Source: Candidatus Brocadiia bacterium
GTDB lineage: Bacteria > Planctomycetota > Brocadiia > SM23-32
Assembly: GCA_046538485.1 (NCBI GenBank)
Contig: JBKHIT010000029.1
Location: 1-57,962, forward strand
Direction of reading: 5' to 3'
DNA length: 57,962 nucleotides
In this document: positions 10,751 to 19,545 of the stretch, one piece after another
Numbering within the stretch: position 1 is the first letter of the stretch
Layout of the letters: each line of letters begins with the position of its first letter
The notes under the pieces: generated by a model
What the model saw: the letters and a program-made list of their open reading frames with translations, nothing else
Databases searched by the model: none
Told to the model about the DNA's origin: nothing
Program-made: the position numbers and the translations under genes

Positions 10751-12949
10751 TCAACTCCTCTTTAACTCTATGAAATGCGCGCCGGGCGGAAGCGGATCGA
10801 TAACAATATATTTCCCTTTTCGGTAGCAAACCTGTTCTACGCCGTCGATTTCGACCCGACTGATTTCGCCTTGCCCTGCCGGCAATTCGGCGCGCGCGGC
10901 CGTATTAACGGGTATGTGCACTTCCATCTTGAAAACGTCCTCCGCATTTTCCAGGCGTACATCAATCGGTCCCCGGATTGTCGGCACCCTGCACTCCGCC
11001 GAGGTCAGGTCGCCCGGTTGCGGTTGAATCAGAACCTTACCAAAACCCGGTCTCAGGGGACGCACACCCATCAAGCGGCGGGGGATCAGATTGGCCGGCG
11101 CCGCTCCCCAGGGATGGTTCCAGTCCAGATTCTTCTTGTACTTCCAATCCCACGCCTCCCAGGTCATCGTCGCTCCCTCCTCCACCATATGCCCCCAGCT
11201 CCGGTCATCGGTAGACGTCAACAACTCAAGCGCGTAATCTTCCGCCCCTGTTCTGTAAAGAGCATCCAGGAGATGCTGCGCCCCATACACGCTGCATGCC
11301 ATGCCCCGGGATCTGATGTGATCCAATACGCCCGGGATGCGATCTGGCGGGACCAGACCAAAGGCCAGCGGAAAAAGATTCGCGTGCAGCGAGGCATGAT
11401 CGCTCCCCTCACCGTCAACGTATCGGCCGGCCTCGCCATCGAAAAGTTTTTGATCAAAAACCCTCTCGATTCTACTGGCCCGACGGCTGAAAAAGTCGGC
11501 ATCCTCGACATGCTCGGTGGCTTCCGCAAGACGCGACATCAGCACCAGCGCGCGGTAATGAAAAGCGTTCACCACCGTATTGATATCCCGAAAATCAAAT
11601 CCGTCGCGTTCCCCCGGTTCATCGTCCCGAAAACCGCCAGGGGGCCAATCGACGATGTCACGTAGGTCCTCACCCCTCACATGTTCGCCTTCGTAGTAAT
11701 GAAGGCGTTTTCGCAACTCATCCGTCACCAAACCCGTGCGTGTGCTGATCAAACCCTCGGCTCGCGCCAGGTCGACGAGCGTCTTCGCCTTTAAATCGTC
11801 ATACCAGACCTCAACCGAACGCAAATCCCCCGTATACATGTAATCTTCCCAGGCCATAAAAACGCTCTGGAGAATCCATTCGGTCCACTGACTGGTATGC
11901 GTGATCATAAATTCGTGTGTGCGCCGTGCCATGGTGAATTCACGGTCCACGCAGTAATGTCCCAGCTGGTTGATATACGCGTCGCCTTCCCGGGGAAAAC
12001 GCTCGCGATCACCGTCGACATAAAGCCCGCAGAAAGTTGTGGCCTTGATCGTGTGCTTGCACAGGTCCCATATATCATTCAGCAGCTCATTTGAACAGGA
12101 AAACTGCGCCGCATCGTCGTCGAAAGGATAATGCACCGCCACCTGTCGGATCGCACCGGGATTGAACTCGGGCGGGCAGTTCTCGATTTCGCAGTATTGG
12201 AACGGCAGGACCTCGCCCACCTCTTCGGGCATCCGGATTGTCCGGGATCTCGTATTTCGCGAATTCGGAGGTATCTTGACCTCATTATCGTGCGCGCCGG
12301 GACGCAGCGTAAATGGAACGCACCTGTACCGCACATTCCCGGGCGGAGATCGATCAATTTCTTGGGAAGCCTGGAGTTTCTCGCCCAGGTGACAGTCAAT
12401 ATCGCGCTCGGACGAAACAAATTGCGATCCAAGACGGATTCTTCCAAATGCGGCCCGGCCAAAATCAAAAAAATAATGCCCTTCACCTTTGCGTTTGGTA
12501 ACGACAGGGGCAATTTCTTCGGTTTCGAGCGGATAAGCCGGCGTGGTATATTCCCGGCATAAATCGCCGGTGTGAAAGTATTGGAACGAGGACCATTCCG
12601 ATTCATCACCCGCACCGTTCCACGTGCGAACCCGCCACGCACAGGTCGCTTCATCTTCAAGCTCGGACCCACCGTATGCCACGTTCAACAAACGGGCTGA
12701 TTCGAGTTTGCCGCTATCCCACAGGGGTTGGCCATCGGCAATTTCGTCCGCTTGATCGACGCTGAAAACCTGCAGCTGGCAGGCGGTCTGTCCTTCCGAA
12801 GCATTTCCCTCTTCAAAAACCCAACCAAAATACGGGCGCGAGTTGTTCGTTACCGTTTTCTGGGGTTCGGACATCAAATCGCAGATCAGACCGGACGGTG
12901 GTTTCGCAGAACTCACGACGGATCCTCCGGTTTTTCCGTAAGCCATCAC
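10751..12949 (-). CDS. GH78-family alpha-L-rhamnosidase-like protein (732 aa)
   Basis: N-terminal FN3-like region (WDSGK..WRVRTW), FFDFGRAAFG, VDGDRER..GD, GATMTWEAW, NHPWGAAP. Confidence 0.85.
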   Translation of the reverse strand: MMAYGKTGGSVVSSAKPPSGLICDLMSEPQKTVTNNSRPYFGWVFEEGNASEGQTACQLQVFSVDQADEIADGQPLWDSGKLESARLLNVAYGGSELEDEATCAWRVRTWNGAGDESEWSSFQYFHTGDLCREYTTPAYPLETEEIAPVVTKRKGEGHYFFDFGRAAFGRIRLGSQFVSSERDIDCHLGEKLQASQEIDRSPPGNVRYRCVPFTLRPGAHDNEVKIPPNSRNTRSRTIRMPEEVGEVLPFQYCEIENCPPEFNPGAIRQVAVHYPFDDDAAQFSCSNELLNDIWDLCKHTIKATTFCGLYVDGDRERFPREGDAYINQLGHYCVDREFTMARRTHEFMITHTSQWTEWILQSVFMAWEDYMYTGDLRSVEVWYDDLKAKTLVDLARAEGLISTRTGLVTDELRKRLHYYEGEHVRGEDLRDIVDWPPGGFRDDEPGERDGFDFRDINTVVNAFHYRALVLMSRLAEATEHVEDADFFSRRASRIERVFDQKLFDGEAGRYVDGEGSDHASLHANLFPLAFGLVPPDRIPGVLDHIRSRGMACSVYGAQHLLDALYRTGAEDYALELLTSTDDRSWGHMVEEGATMTWEAWDWKYKKNLDWNHPWGAAPANLIPRRLMGVRPLRPGFGKVLIQPQPGDLTSAECRVPTIRGPIDVRLENAEDVFKMEVHIPVNTAARAELPAGQGEISRVEIDGVEQVCYRKGKYIVIDPLPPGAHFIELKRS

Positions 12950-13167
12950 AAAATGCAGATCGAATCAACAGAAAGAGGGACATTTTAACAAATGAAAAAC
13001 TTCTTCAGCAATCGGCCCCGGACTGCACGGAAACCATTGGGGGACAGCTCGTTAAGAATCGGGTGGGAAAACAGGGGCGCGTGGCTTTAAATTCTTGCAA
13101 TACCGCTCAGTCGCAGGTAATATGAGCATGGCAAATGGAAGGATGCATTTTTCTTGTGGAGCGGTCC

Positions 13168-13890
13168 ATGCGAAAGGCATTCACGCTGATAGAACTCCTG
13201 GTCGTGATAGCGATCATCTCTATCCTTGCTGCCATGCTTATGCCGGCCTTAGAGAGCGCAAGGCAAAGCGCTTATAAGGTCCAGTGCAAAAACAGATTGC
13301 GCCAGATGTTCCTCAGTCTCACATACTACGCACAGGATAACGAAACGTGGTATCCCCGAGGCGCATGGAATCTCCATTTCCTGATCCGATATTACGGCGT
13401 GATGGAAGACATCTACGGGGTTACTCAAACAAACGTCACCTGCCCGTCGTCAGGCGATAGGGGTGGGCACTGGCGCTGGGGAAATACGGGCGCAATGTTC
13501 TACTATTACGTCGGTGGTGAAGGCGGAAGAGACAAATCCCAGTGGGGTCACTGGGAGTACGGTTGGGACGTCTGGCATTTCTACGATAACACCCATCCTC
13601 AAGCGAAACAGGATACCGGTGGCACAGATTTCGATGGCGATTACATTGATCCGGCTACGGCTCGGGGCAACCAGGAAAATCCTTTAATGTAGGACATCTC
13701 TTACGATGCAATCGACATCGACAACCACTACAGTCTCAGACCGGTGCGTAGCAATCATGCCTACCCGGATGGAACGGGTCGCGGTATAAACGTGCTCTTC
13801 GCCGATAGTCACGTCCAGTGGCACCCGCTGGACCATGGTAGCGGAATCCGTTTCAACTACGATTACGGCGCGGATACTTCTTACTGGTAA
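13168..13890 (+). pseudogene. Prepilin-like (DUF1559/H-X9-DG) gene with in-frame TAG at 13690-13692
   Basis: [17 protein letters not shown]; the frame continues after TAG as DISYD..NHAYPDGTGRGINVLFADSHVQW..YW-TAA. Confidence 0.85.
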
Positions 13891-14029
13891 CGTCCTTCCT
13901 CAATCCTCCTTTTCGGCCCTCTGCATTCGCGGTACGGCGCGACTATCGCCTCGGAATCTTTCAGGGCTCGCTCGTTCGCCGTTCGATGTTTGCCGTTGCC
14001 GCAATCGTCGCTGACTTCTGCCGTTTTTC

Positions 14030-14082
14030 GGATTGCGGTGGCTTGCCACCGCTTTGCTGTTAGTCGTTTTCCGTTACGCTGT
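14030..14082 (+). repeat. 53-bp direct repeat, copy 1 (palindrome GCGGTGGC-TT-GCCACCGC)
   Basis: 46/53 identical to 18034-18086 by manual alignment. Confidence 0.8.
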
Positions 14083-14126
14083 CCCATGGCTCTTTGTCGT
14101 ACTCCTCGTATCTTCCGTACTGAAAG

Positions 14127-17100
14127 CTATTGCCCCTCAGCAATTGGCACCCGGTACCAAAACTCACCATCGACTTCGATCCGCGCCAGCACGCCCTCCA
14201 ACTGTCGGCCGTTCACAAACACCCGGGGACGTTCACCTTCAGTCTGCACAAGGAGATGCCGTGCTGATGTTTCGCGCGCATGCGTCACCTCAATCCCTTC
14301 CCTGAAAAACTTCTTGAGATAGGGCTCAACTTTATAAACACCGGCATGTTCACCGGCACGGGCCCCGACCTGCAACAATTCAGCCCCCGCATCCCCGCCC
14401 GGCGGCGGAAGTCGATAGTCGATCCACAGCGTATTCTCAGACGGTTGCACCGTTATCCGCCCGCACCCTAAGGAACCCTCGCTGAGAATTTCTATTCCTC
14501 CCGGCACCGTCAACCGAAACGGCGTGGGATCGACCAGTGGGTTCACCGCTTCGTAAATGCCGCTCACTGGCTCAACGCGCAACAAAGCCGGCTGCCCCTC
14601 GGCCGTCTCGAGCACGGCCCCGCCCTTCTCAAGCCGGGTGGCTTTGCCCATCTGCGCGAGAGGACAATCCAGGTCAATACCGGCGGCGGGCCATGGCGAT
14701 TCGCCATTCACTCGCATGTAACTCGCAGTGGCCGACGGGGACAGGTACTGCATCTTCTTCTCCCGTTCCACATCCGTCCGACAACCCATTTCCATGGCCA
14801 CTTCCTCACCCTTCGCTGACACATGGAGAGTTCGGCTTTTCTCATCCCAGCGCGTGGCGATCTGCACTTCCCGGAGACGACGCCGGAATTTCTCAAACGA
14901 ACCGTCTTCCTCCTCGCAGCCGAATTCCACATACCACCCGGCCGTTGCATTCGCCAGCCTTTGCCAGGTTTCCTCATCATTCTGCAAAGGTTCATCGGCA
15001 TCGAGGAGATACGAACGGATCGAAAGCACCGCCCGATCGAATGTCAGGTAAATTTCTCGCTTTCGGCCAAGATCGGTTGCCGGCAGAGGGATGAACCCGA
15101 GGTATGTAACACCATCCCTGAGCGCAATGGGCCCTCCGGCCGATGCCGCCGCGGGGAACTCGGTCACGGCCCGGCCCCCTGCGTAGATCTCACGGTCCGC
15201 CGTATCGCCGTAGGCATATATTCGCCAGCGTGACGACAGGCTTCGCACCTTTTTGCTGCGTACGGTCGGCTCAAGAAATAGACGCTCGGGCGGACGCATC
15301 ACATAGATCATTCGCCGCCCGGACTGCAGCACCGACAGAAGCGGATTGACCGGTTTCCCGGCCTGCTTGTGCTGGCCAATCCAGCAGATCGGGAGGTCGT
15401 TCATATGCGCCCACGGGAACATGACGGACAGATTATCGAACTTTTCGGCGCGTCCTTCATTGCGAGACCAGGCGGCCACGACCGGCCACTCGACGGGCTT
15501 GTTGCCCGTCATCGAACTCAGTCCGTAACTCGGTCCCAGATGAGTGACGTGGTAAATAGGTTCCTTCAGCCAGCCCCGCACGAGACTTGTGGCAATGAAC
15601 GTAAATGGCAGCGGCTTGTCATCGATGGCATGCGACTCCCATTCGCGTCCCCACGGCGCCACAGCGGCGGCCCACGATGGCGGAAGCGAATTGAATGCGA
15701 TACTCGGAATTCCCTGAACCTTCAGTGTATCCGTGTGGAGCAACACGCCGTCCCGTGAAAGCATGTGCAGAGCTGCCCGCGGCACGTCCTGCCCGAGCAG
15801 AAGGTCGTCGACCCTGTAGCGTCGGCTCACGCTCGAAACCCGCCTCCGAAGCGCCGGATGGTACGTGCAAATATCCGCCAGAAGGAGTTTTTCGACCGCC
15901 AGTTCCGCCTTGAGACTCGTCAGGGGATCGGGGCTGTAACGGGCTACCGTCTGAAGAGGCGTGAGCGTGATACCGCGATAGAAGGTATCCCCGTGCTCCT
16001 GGCATGCCCCATCCAGCCAGATCATCTGCCGGTTCATAAGGGACAACCCCCGCTGACCCCGGTGCGTGACGTCCTGCAGACCCAGCATCTCGCCGGCCAG
16101 TATCGCTTCGCTCCTCGCCTGCGACTGATGATTCAGGGTTCCCATGTTGTTGAAATAGCCGACCCGGTGTTGAAACAATTTGGGATTGTAGGGTGGGGTC
16201 CAACGCGCTTCGAAGAACTTCTTGATGTGATAACGCAGCGCACCCGGCAGCAAACGGGGAGATTTGAGCAGAGGCAACATGAAATTGATGTGCTGGTGCC
16301 CCATGAACCAGCCCGGTGGCATGCGGAGCATGGTTCTGACGGCTTTCATGTAGGTTTCGGGATTTCCGCTCTCGAGCTGATTCAAAATAACCCACTCCGG
16401 CGGCGAGTACTGCGCCGGGGGATGCCGCGGCGTATGGAGATCTCGCACCTCCCTGACCCTCTTCCACATCCATTCCGGCATCTCCCGGGGGCGCGCGGTG
16501 GCGTGGCGAGTGAGTTGGTCCAGATTCCGGGGCACCTGCGCCGAAGGCAACCCTTTGCTTTGCGCGAACGCGCGTTCCGCAAAACCTTCCGGAAGCGCGG
16601 CGATATCGGGGGCATCGGACGAACGTTTGAAAGTGATAGTAAGAACCGGATCGGTCACCCAGATTCGTGCCACTCCGGTGCAACTGCCCTTCTGGCCGAT
16701 CTCATAATTTTTGAGCTCTTTCTTCGCGATCAGGAATCCGCACTGCTCCAACCTGGCGAGTCGGGCCGCAAGATCCGCTCCGAACCGGCTGGAGCTAAGG
16801 ATTTCGCTCACGTCAAACTCTCCGTCCGGGCTCTTTTCCGAGAGCAAAACGGTCGACAGAGGCTGAGCAGACCGATCCACACCCGCTGCTCGAGCACCAC
16901 CCTGTCTCCAGTAACCGCTCCCCTTCTTCCAGGCATTCCACGTCGGTCCTTTTTTTGCATCGTCCTGCCAGCAACGGTTCAACAGCCAGGCGCGGGCGTG
17001 CCACTGCGGCAGTTTTTTGTTTTTGACCGCGTAACCTCGCCAGTTGTAATCGGCCACGCGGCGGAACTCCTGGCGCTGCCAGCGGAGCCACAGCCGTGCG

Positions 17101-17387
17101 GACTCGACCCGATATCCCTGAGCGCAGATCGCCTTGACCTGATCCGCGCATCCCGGAAACCGAAGCAGGAGGAACCGATGGACGGCATCGAAGAACAGTT
17201 CTTCGGGTTTTTTCTGCCACTCTTGCCGCGTCTGATCCCACCGGCGGGCATTGAGAATCGAGAAAGAGTATTTTTCCAGACGCAGCACCTTCTTCGCGCC
17301 TTTTTCTCCCGCCGGGATAGCCAACGGACAACACACAACAAGAACAAGCAGGATCGTGGCAACAAATATCTTGGGGCGCGCCATCAT
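14127..17387 (-). CDS. Large secreted hypothetical protein (1086 aa); possible DNRLRE-like N-domain and lyase-like helical core
   Basis: Sec-type signal peptide; ESARLWL..PTWN..W..GA..DR..FDVS pattern; GTLNHQ and QEHGDTFY motifs. Confidence 0.6.
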   Translation of the reverse strand: MMARPKIFVATILLVLVVCCPLAIPAGEKGAKKVLRLEKYSFSILNARRWDQTRQEWQKKPEELFFDAVHRFLLLRFPGCADQVKAICAQGYRVESARLWLRWQRQEFRRVADYNWRGYAVKNKKLPQWHARAWLLNRCWQDDAKKGPTWNAWKKGSGYWRQGGARAAGVDRSAQPLSTVLLSEKSPDGEFDVSEILSSSRFGADLAARLARLEQCGFLIAKKELKNYEIGQKGSCTGVARIWVTDPVLTITFKRSSDAPDIAALPEGFAERAFAQSKGLPSAQVPRNLDQLTRHATARPREMPEWMWKRVREVRDLHTPRHPPAQYSPPEWVILNQLESGNPETYMKAVRTMLRMPPGWFMGHQHINFMLPLLKSPRLLPGALRYHIKKFFEARWTPPYNPKLFQHRVGYFNNMGTLNHQSQARSEAILAGEMLGLQDVTHRGQRGLSLMNRQMIWLDGACQEHGDTFYRGITLTPLQTVARYSPDPLTSLKAELAVEKLLLADICTYHPALRRRVSSVSRRYRVDDLLLGQDVPRAALHMLSRDGVLLHTDTLKVQGIPSIAFNSLPPSWAAAVAPWGREWESHAIDDKPLPFTFIATSLVRGWLKEPIYHVTHLGPSYGLSSMTGNKPVEWPVVAAWSRNEGRAEKFDNLSVMFPWAHMNDLPICWIGQHKQAGKPVNPLLSVLQSGRRMIYVMRPPERLFLEPTVRSKKVRSLSSRWRIYAYGDTADREIYAGGRAVTEFPAAASAGGPIALRDGVTYLGFIPLPATDLGRKREIYLTFDRAVLSIRSYLLDADEPLQNDEETWQRLANATAGWYVEFGCEEEDGSFEKFRRRLREVQIATRWDEKSRTLHVSAKGEEVAMEMGCRTDVEREKKMQYLSPSATASYMRVNGESPWPAAGIDLDCPLAQMGKATRLEKGGAVLETAEGQPALLRVEPVSGIYEAVNPLVDPTPFRLTVPGGIEILSEGSLGCGRITVQPSENTLWIDYRLPPPGGDAGAELLQVGARAGEHAGVYKVEPYLKKFFREGIEVTHARETSARHLLVQTEGERPRVFVNGRQLEGVLARIEVDGEFWYRVPIAEGQ

Positions 17388-17743
17388 AACAAAGACCTCT
17401 CATTTTTCGAGGGGAGATGATTGAGATTTTCACCGGGTCCATTGGAATTCATAACCGACCGACTCAGGACGGGTTCCGGAGCGACTTTGCACCCGGAGCC
17501 CGCTCAAGCCCAATCTCCATTCGGCCCACAGTATCAAAAATTCCCCTCACATAATATCTATTAACCGCCCCGCGCGCAAAAAATGCGGCCAGTCTCAGCT
17601 CGTCAGCTTCCAATCGGGTCACGGAAAGATACCAGCATCCGCGCCTTCCTGACTCCACACCTGGCCTGCATCTTACGGATGCAGGCTATACAAAACGGCT
17701 CATGCCCTTGAGGCGTAAGAAGTTACAACAACAAGTGTTAACG

Positions 17744-17811
17744 ATGTCCGGCCCGTGCTACTGTACCGAAAGATGTCTGTACCTTTCTTGTGAAAAAGCA
17801 GTTAAAGCCAA
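17744..17811 (+). repeat. 68-bp conserved non-coding element, copy 1
   Basis: 60/68 identical, gap-free, to 37298-37365. Confidence 0.8.
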
Positions 17812-18033
17812 TCGTTTCTCAGCGCAGCGTTCGCCTCGTTGCTGATCACTGATTTTAAGTTGTCAGATTTATGCGCCGTTTTTTTAGCCCGGATTTTTGG
17901 CTCAGAAGGGTTATGAAGGGTGTTCAATAAACAACCCGCGTGCAATTTGGCAATAGTCGGTTCAAATTATCCGTAAAATCCGGGCGAGAGCAACCGGCAG
18001 TTGAATGGTACCCTGCAAGCATCAGCTGGCTTT

Positions 18034-18086
18034 GGAATGCGATGGCTTGCCGCCGCTTTGCCGTTCGTCGTTTTCCGTTATGCCGT
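18034..18086 (+). repeat. 53-bp direct repeat, copy 2
   Basis: Matches 14030-14082. Confidence 0.8.
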
Positions 18087-18149
18087 TAGTGTCCTCTGAC
18101 CGTCTGCCCCTGCCACCCTAACTCAATCAGCCCAACACTGTAGCCAGAC

Positions 18150-18947
18150 TCACCATGTCGGCAGCACCGAATATTCTTCCCGGCCCGTAATGCTCCAGCC
18201 AGCGGGCTGCAGGTCTTCAAAGTTATGCCACCGGGCATGGCTATCGTAGAAAAGGATATTGGCGCCGGCCGGCACCGGTCCCCGTAGCAGGACAACAGCG
18301 TGTTGCTGTCCCCAATTCTGTCGCACACCGTTCCCGTGATTAAACTCCACAATGCCCGCGGTTGATGAATCACGACAGCGGTCCTGCAGGGCAACAAAAG
18401 TGCTTGGGTGGGAAGCGGCTTCTGGAGACCGGGGCATTCGTTCGGCAGGATTGCCGAACGTCGGATTCGCCCGGTCCGCTTCGTAAGATACGCTGCCGTA
18501 CGTCCCAAAATATCTCCATGGTCTATCCTCACCGATGCTGATATCGCTGATGGCAGGGCAACGCCAGAGAGTAAGATCTCCCAGAAAAGGTTCGAGCATA
18601 GGTCTCAGATCCCAGTACCCCGGCCATCTGCTGGTCCATTGGCATTTCCAGCAGGTGGAATCGTAACCTTCGTTCATCGGAAACTGACCGTATTCGTTGT
18701 TGTACATCTGGAGTCCCAATCCGCATTGCTGGAATTGTCCCAGGCAACGAATACGCTTTGCCGCCCCCCGAGCCCGTTCCAGCGCCGGCATAAGCATCGC
18801 AGCCAGAATGGCAATAATGGCGACAACAACCAGCAATTCGATAAGCGTGAAGCCTGCGTCTTCACGCTTCCTCATTGTCCTGAGCCTGTCGACGGGCAGC
18901 TCAATCAACGTAAATGCAACATGCGAACGCCATTTTGCCTGATTCAT
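18150..18947 (-). CDS. Prepilin-like (DUF1559/H-X9-DG) protein with duplicated FTLIEL cassette
   Basis: [52 protein letters not shown] at 18947 after GGAGG. Confidence 0.85.
   Translation of the reverse strand: MNQAKWRSHVAFTLIELPVDRLRTMRKREDAGFTLIELLVVVAIIAILAAMLMPALERARGAAKRIRCLGQFQQCGLGLQMYNNEYGQFPMNEGYDSTCWKCQWTSRWPGYWDLRPMLEPFLGDLTLWRCPAISDISIGEDRPWRYFGTYGSVSYEADRANPTFGNPAERMPRSPEAASHPSTFVALQDRCRDSSTAGIVEFNHGNGVRQNWGQQHAVVLLRGPVPAGANILFYDSHARWHNFEDLQPAGWSITGREEYSVLPTW
18834..18896 (-). mobile_element. 63-bp in-frame prepilin-motif cassette, copy 1
   Basis: 1 mismatch to the 4-copy consensus; mobility is inferred. Confidence 0.65.
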
Positions 18948-19354
18948 CGATTGCCTTCCTCCCGATTCTTGCGCTTTTGTCCCTGTGGTATTGGGCAACG
19001 TACACAAGATTTATTTTCCTCAGTCTAACGTCAGAGAAGCCGATTTCAAGGCCCTCGGGACCTGGCCCGGCATGATAGGTTCTTTTCACGGGACGCCTGA
19101 TTCAACCTCATCGGTCATGATATAATAACCTGCAATTCCCCCGGCGCAAAAGCTTCCACCCCGTCCCAGTTCGATGTTGGGTGTTCGTCTGTCGTCGTTT
19201 AATCCGTCGTTCCGCCGGTCCCGTCCTTTGACCTCTGCGCTCTGCATCTCTGCTCGTTAAAAAAGACGGACAGGAGGACAGAATCTGACATCAATCTTTT
19301 CACTTCTGAGCACAACTCTGTGCTCAAAATGTGCCCGAAATGGATTGACAGGCC

Positions 19355-19399
19355 AAAAAATAGGGCCTGCCGCAGACATCTTATCTGCCTGGCAGGCCT
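19355..19399 (-). terminator. Intrinsic terminator downstream of tRNA
   Basis: Minus strand AGGCCTGCC-AG-GCAGA-loop-TCTGC-GGCAGGCCC followed by TATTTTTT. Confidence 0.75.
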
Positions 19400-19410
19400 T
19401 CTGTTACGCA

Positions 19411-19485
19411 TGGTGGGCCCAGAGGGATTCGAACCCCCAACAAACGGATTATGAGTCCGCTGCTCTGCCGTTGAGCTATGGGCCC
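19411..19485 (-). tRNA. tRNA with CAT anticodon, most likely tRNA-Ile2 (lysidine)
   Basis: GGGCCCATAGCTCAACGGCAGAGCAGCGGACTCATAATCCGTTTGTTGGGGGTTCGAATCCCTCTGGGCCCACCA: cloverleaf, TTCGAA T-loop, encoded CCA; Ile2 versus Met judged from the acceptor stem. Confidence 0.93.
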
Positions 19486-19505
19486 AAAATCACGATTCAA
19501 TATTG

Positions 19506-19535
19506 AGTATAGCCTCCGCACCCGGCAGAGGTCAA
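19506..19535 (-). promoter_or_regulatory. Sigma70-type promoter for the tRNA
   Basis: TTGACC-N18-TATACT on minus strand, 20 nt upstream of the tRNA. Confidence 0.55.
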
Positions 19536-19545
19536 GCTTCGGGGT

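Noticed and set aside
13690..13692. Pyrrolysine or TAG-reassigned genetic code
   Set aside because: TAG is the normal stop of several intact genes here, including two paralogs at homologous ends; no pyl genes in the window.
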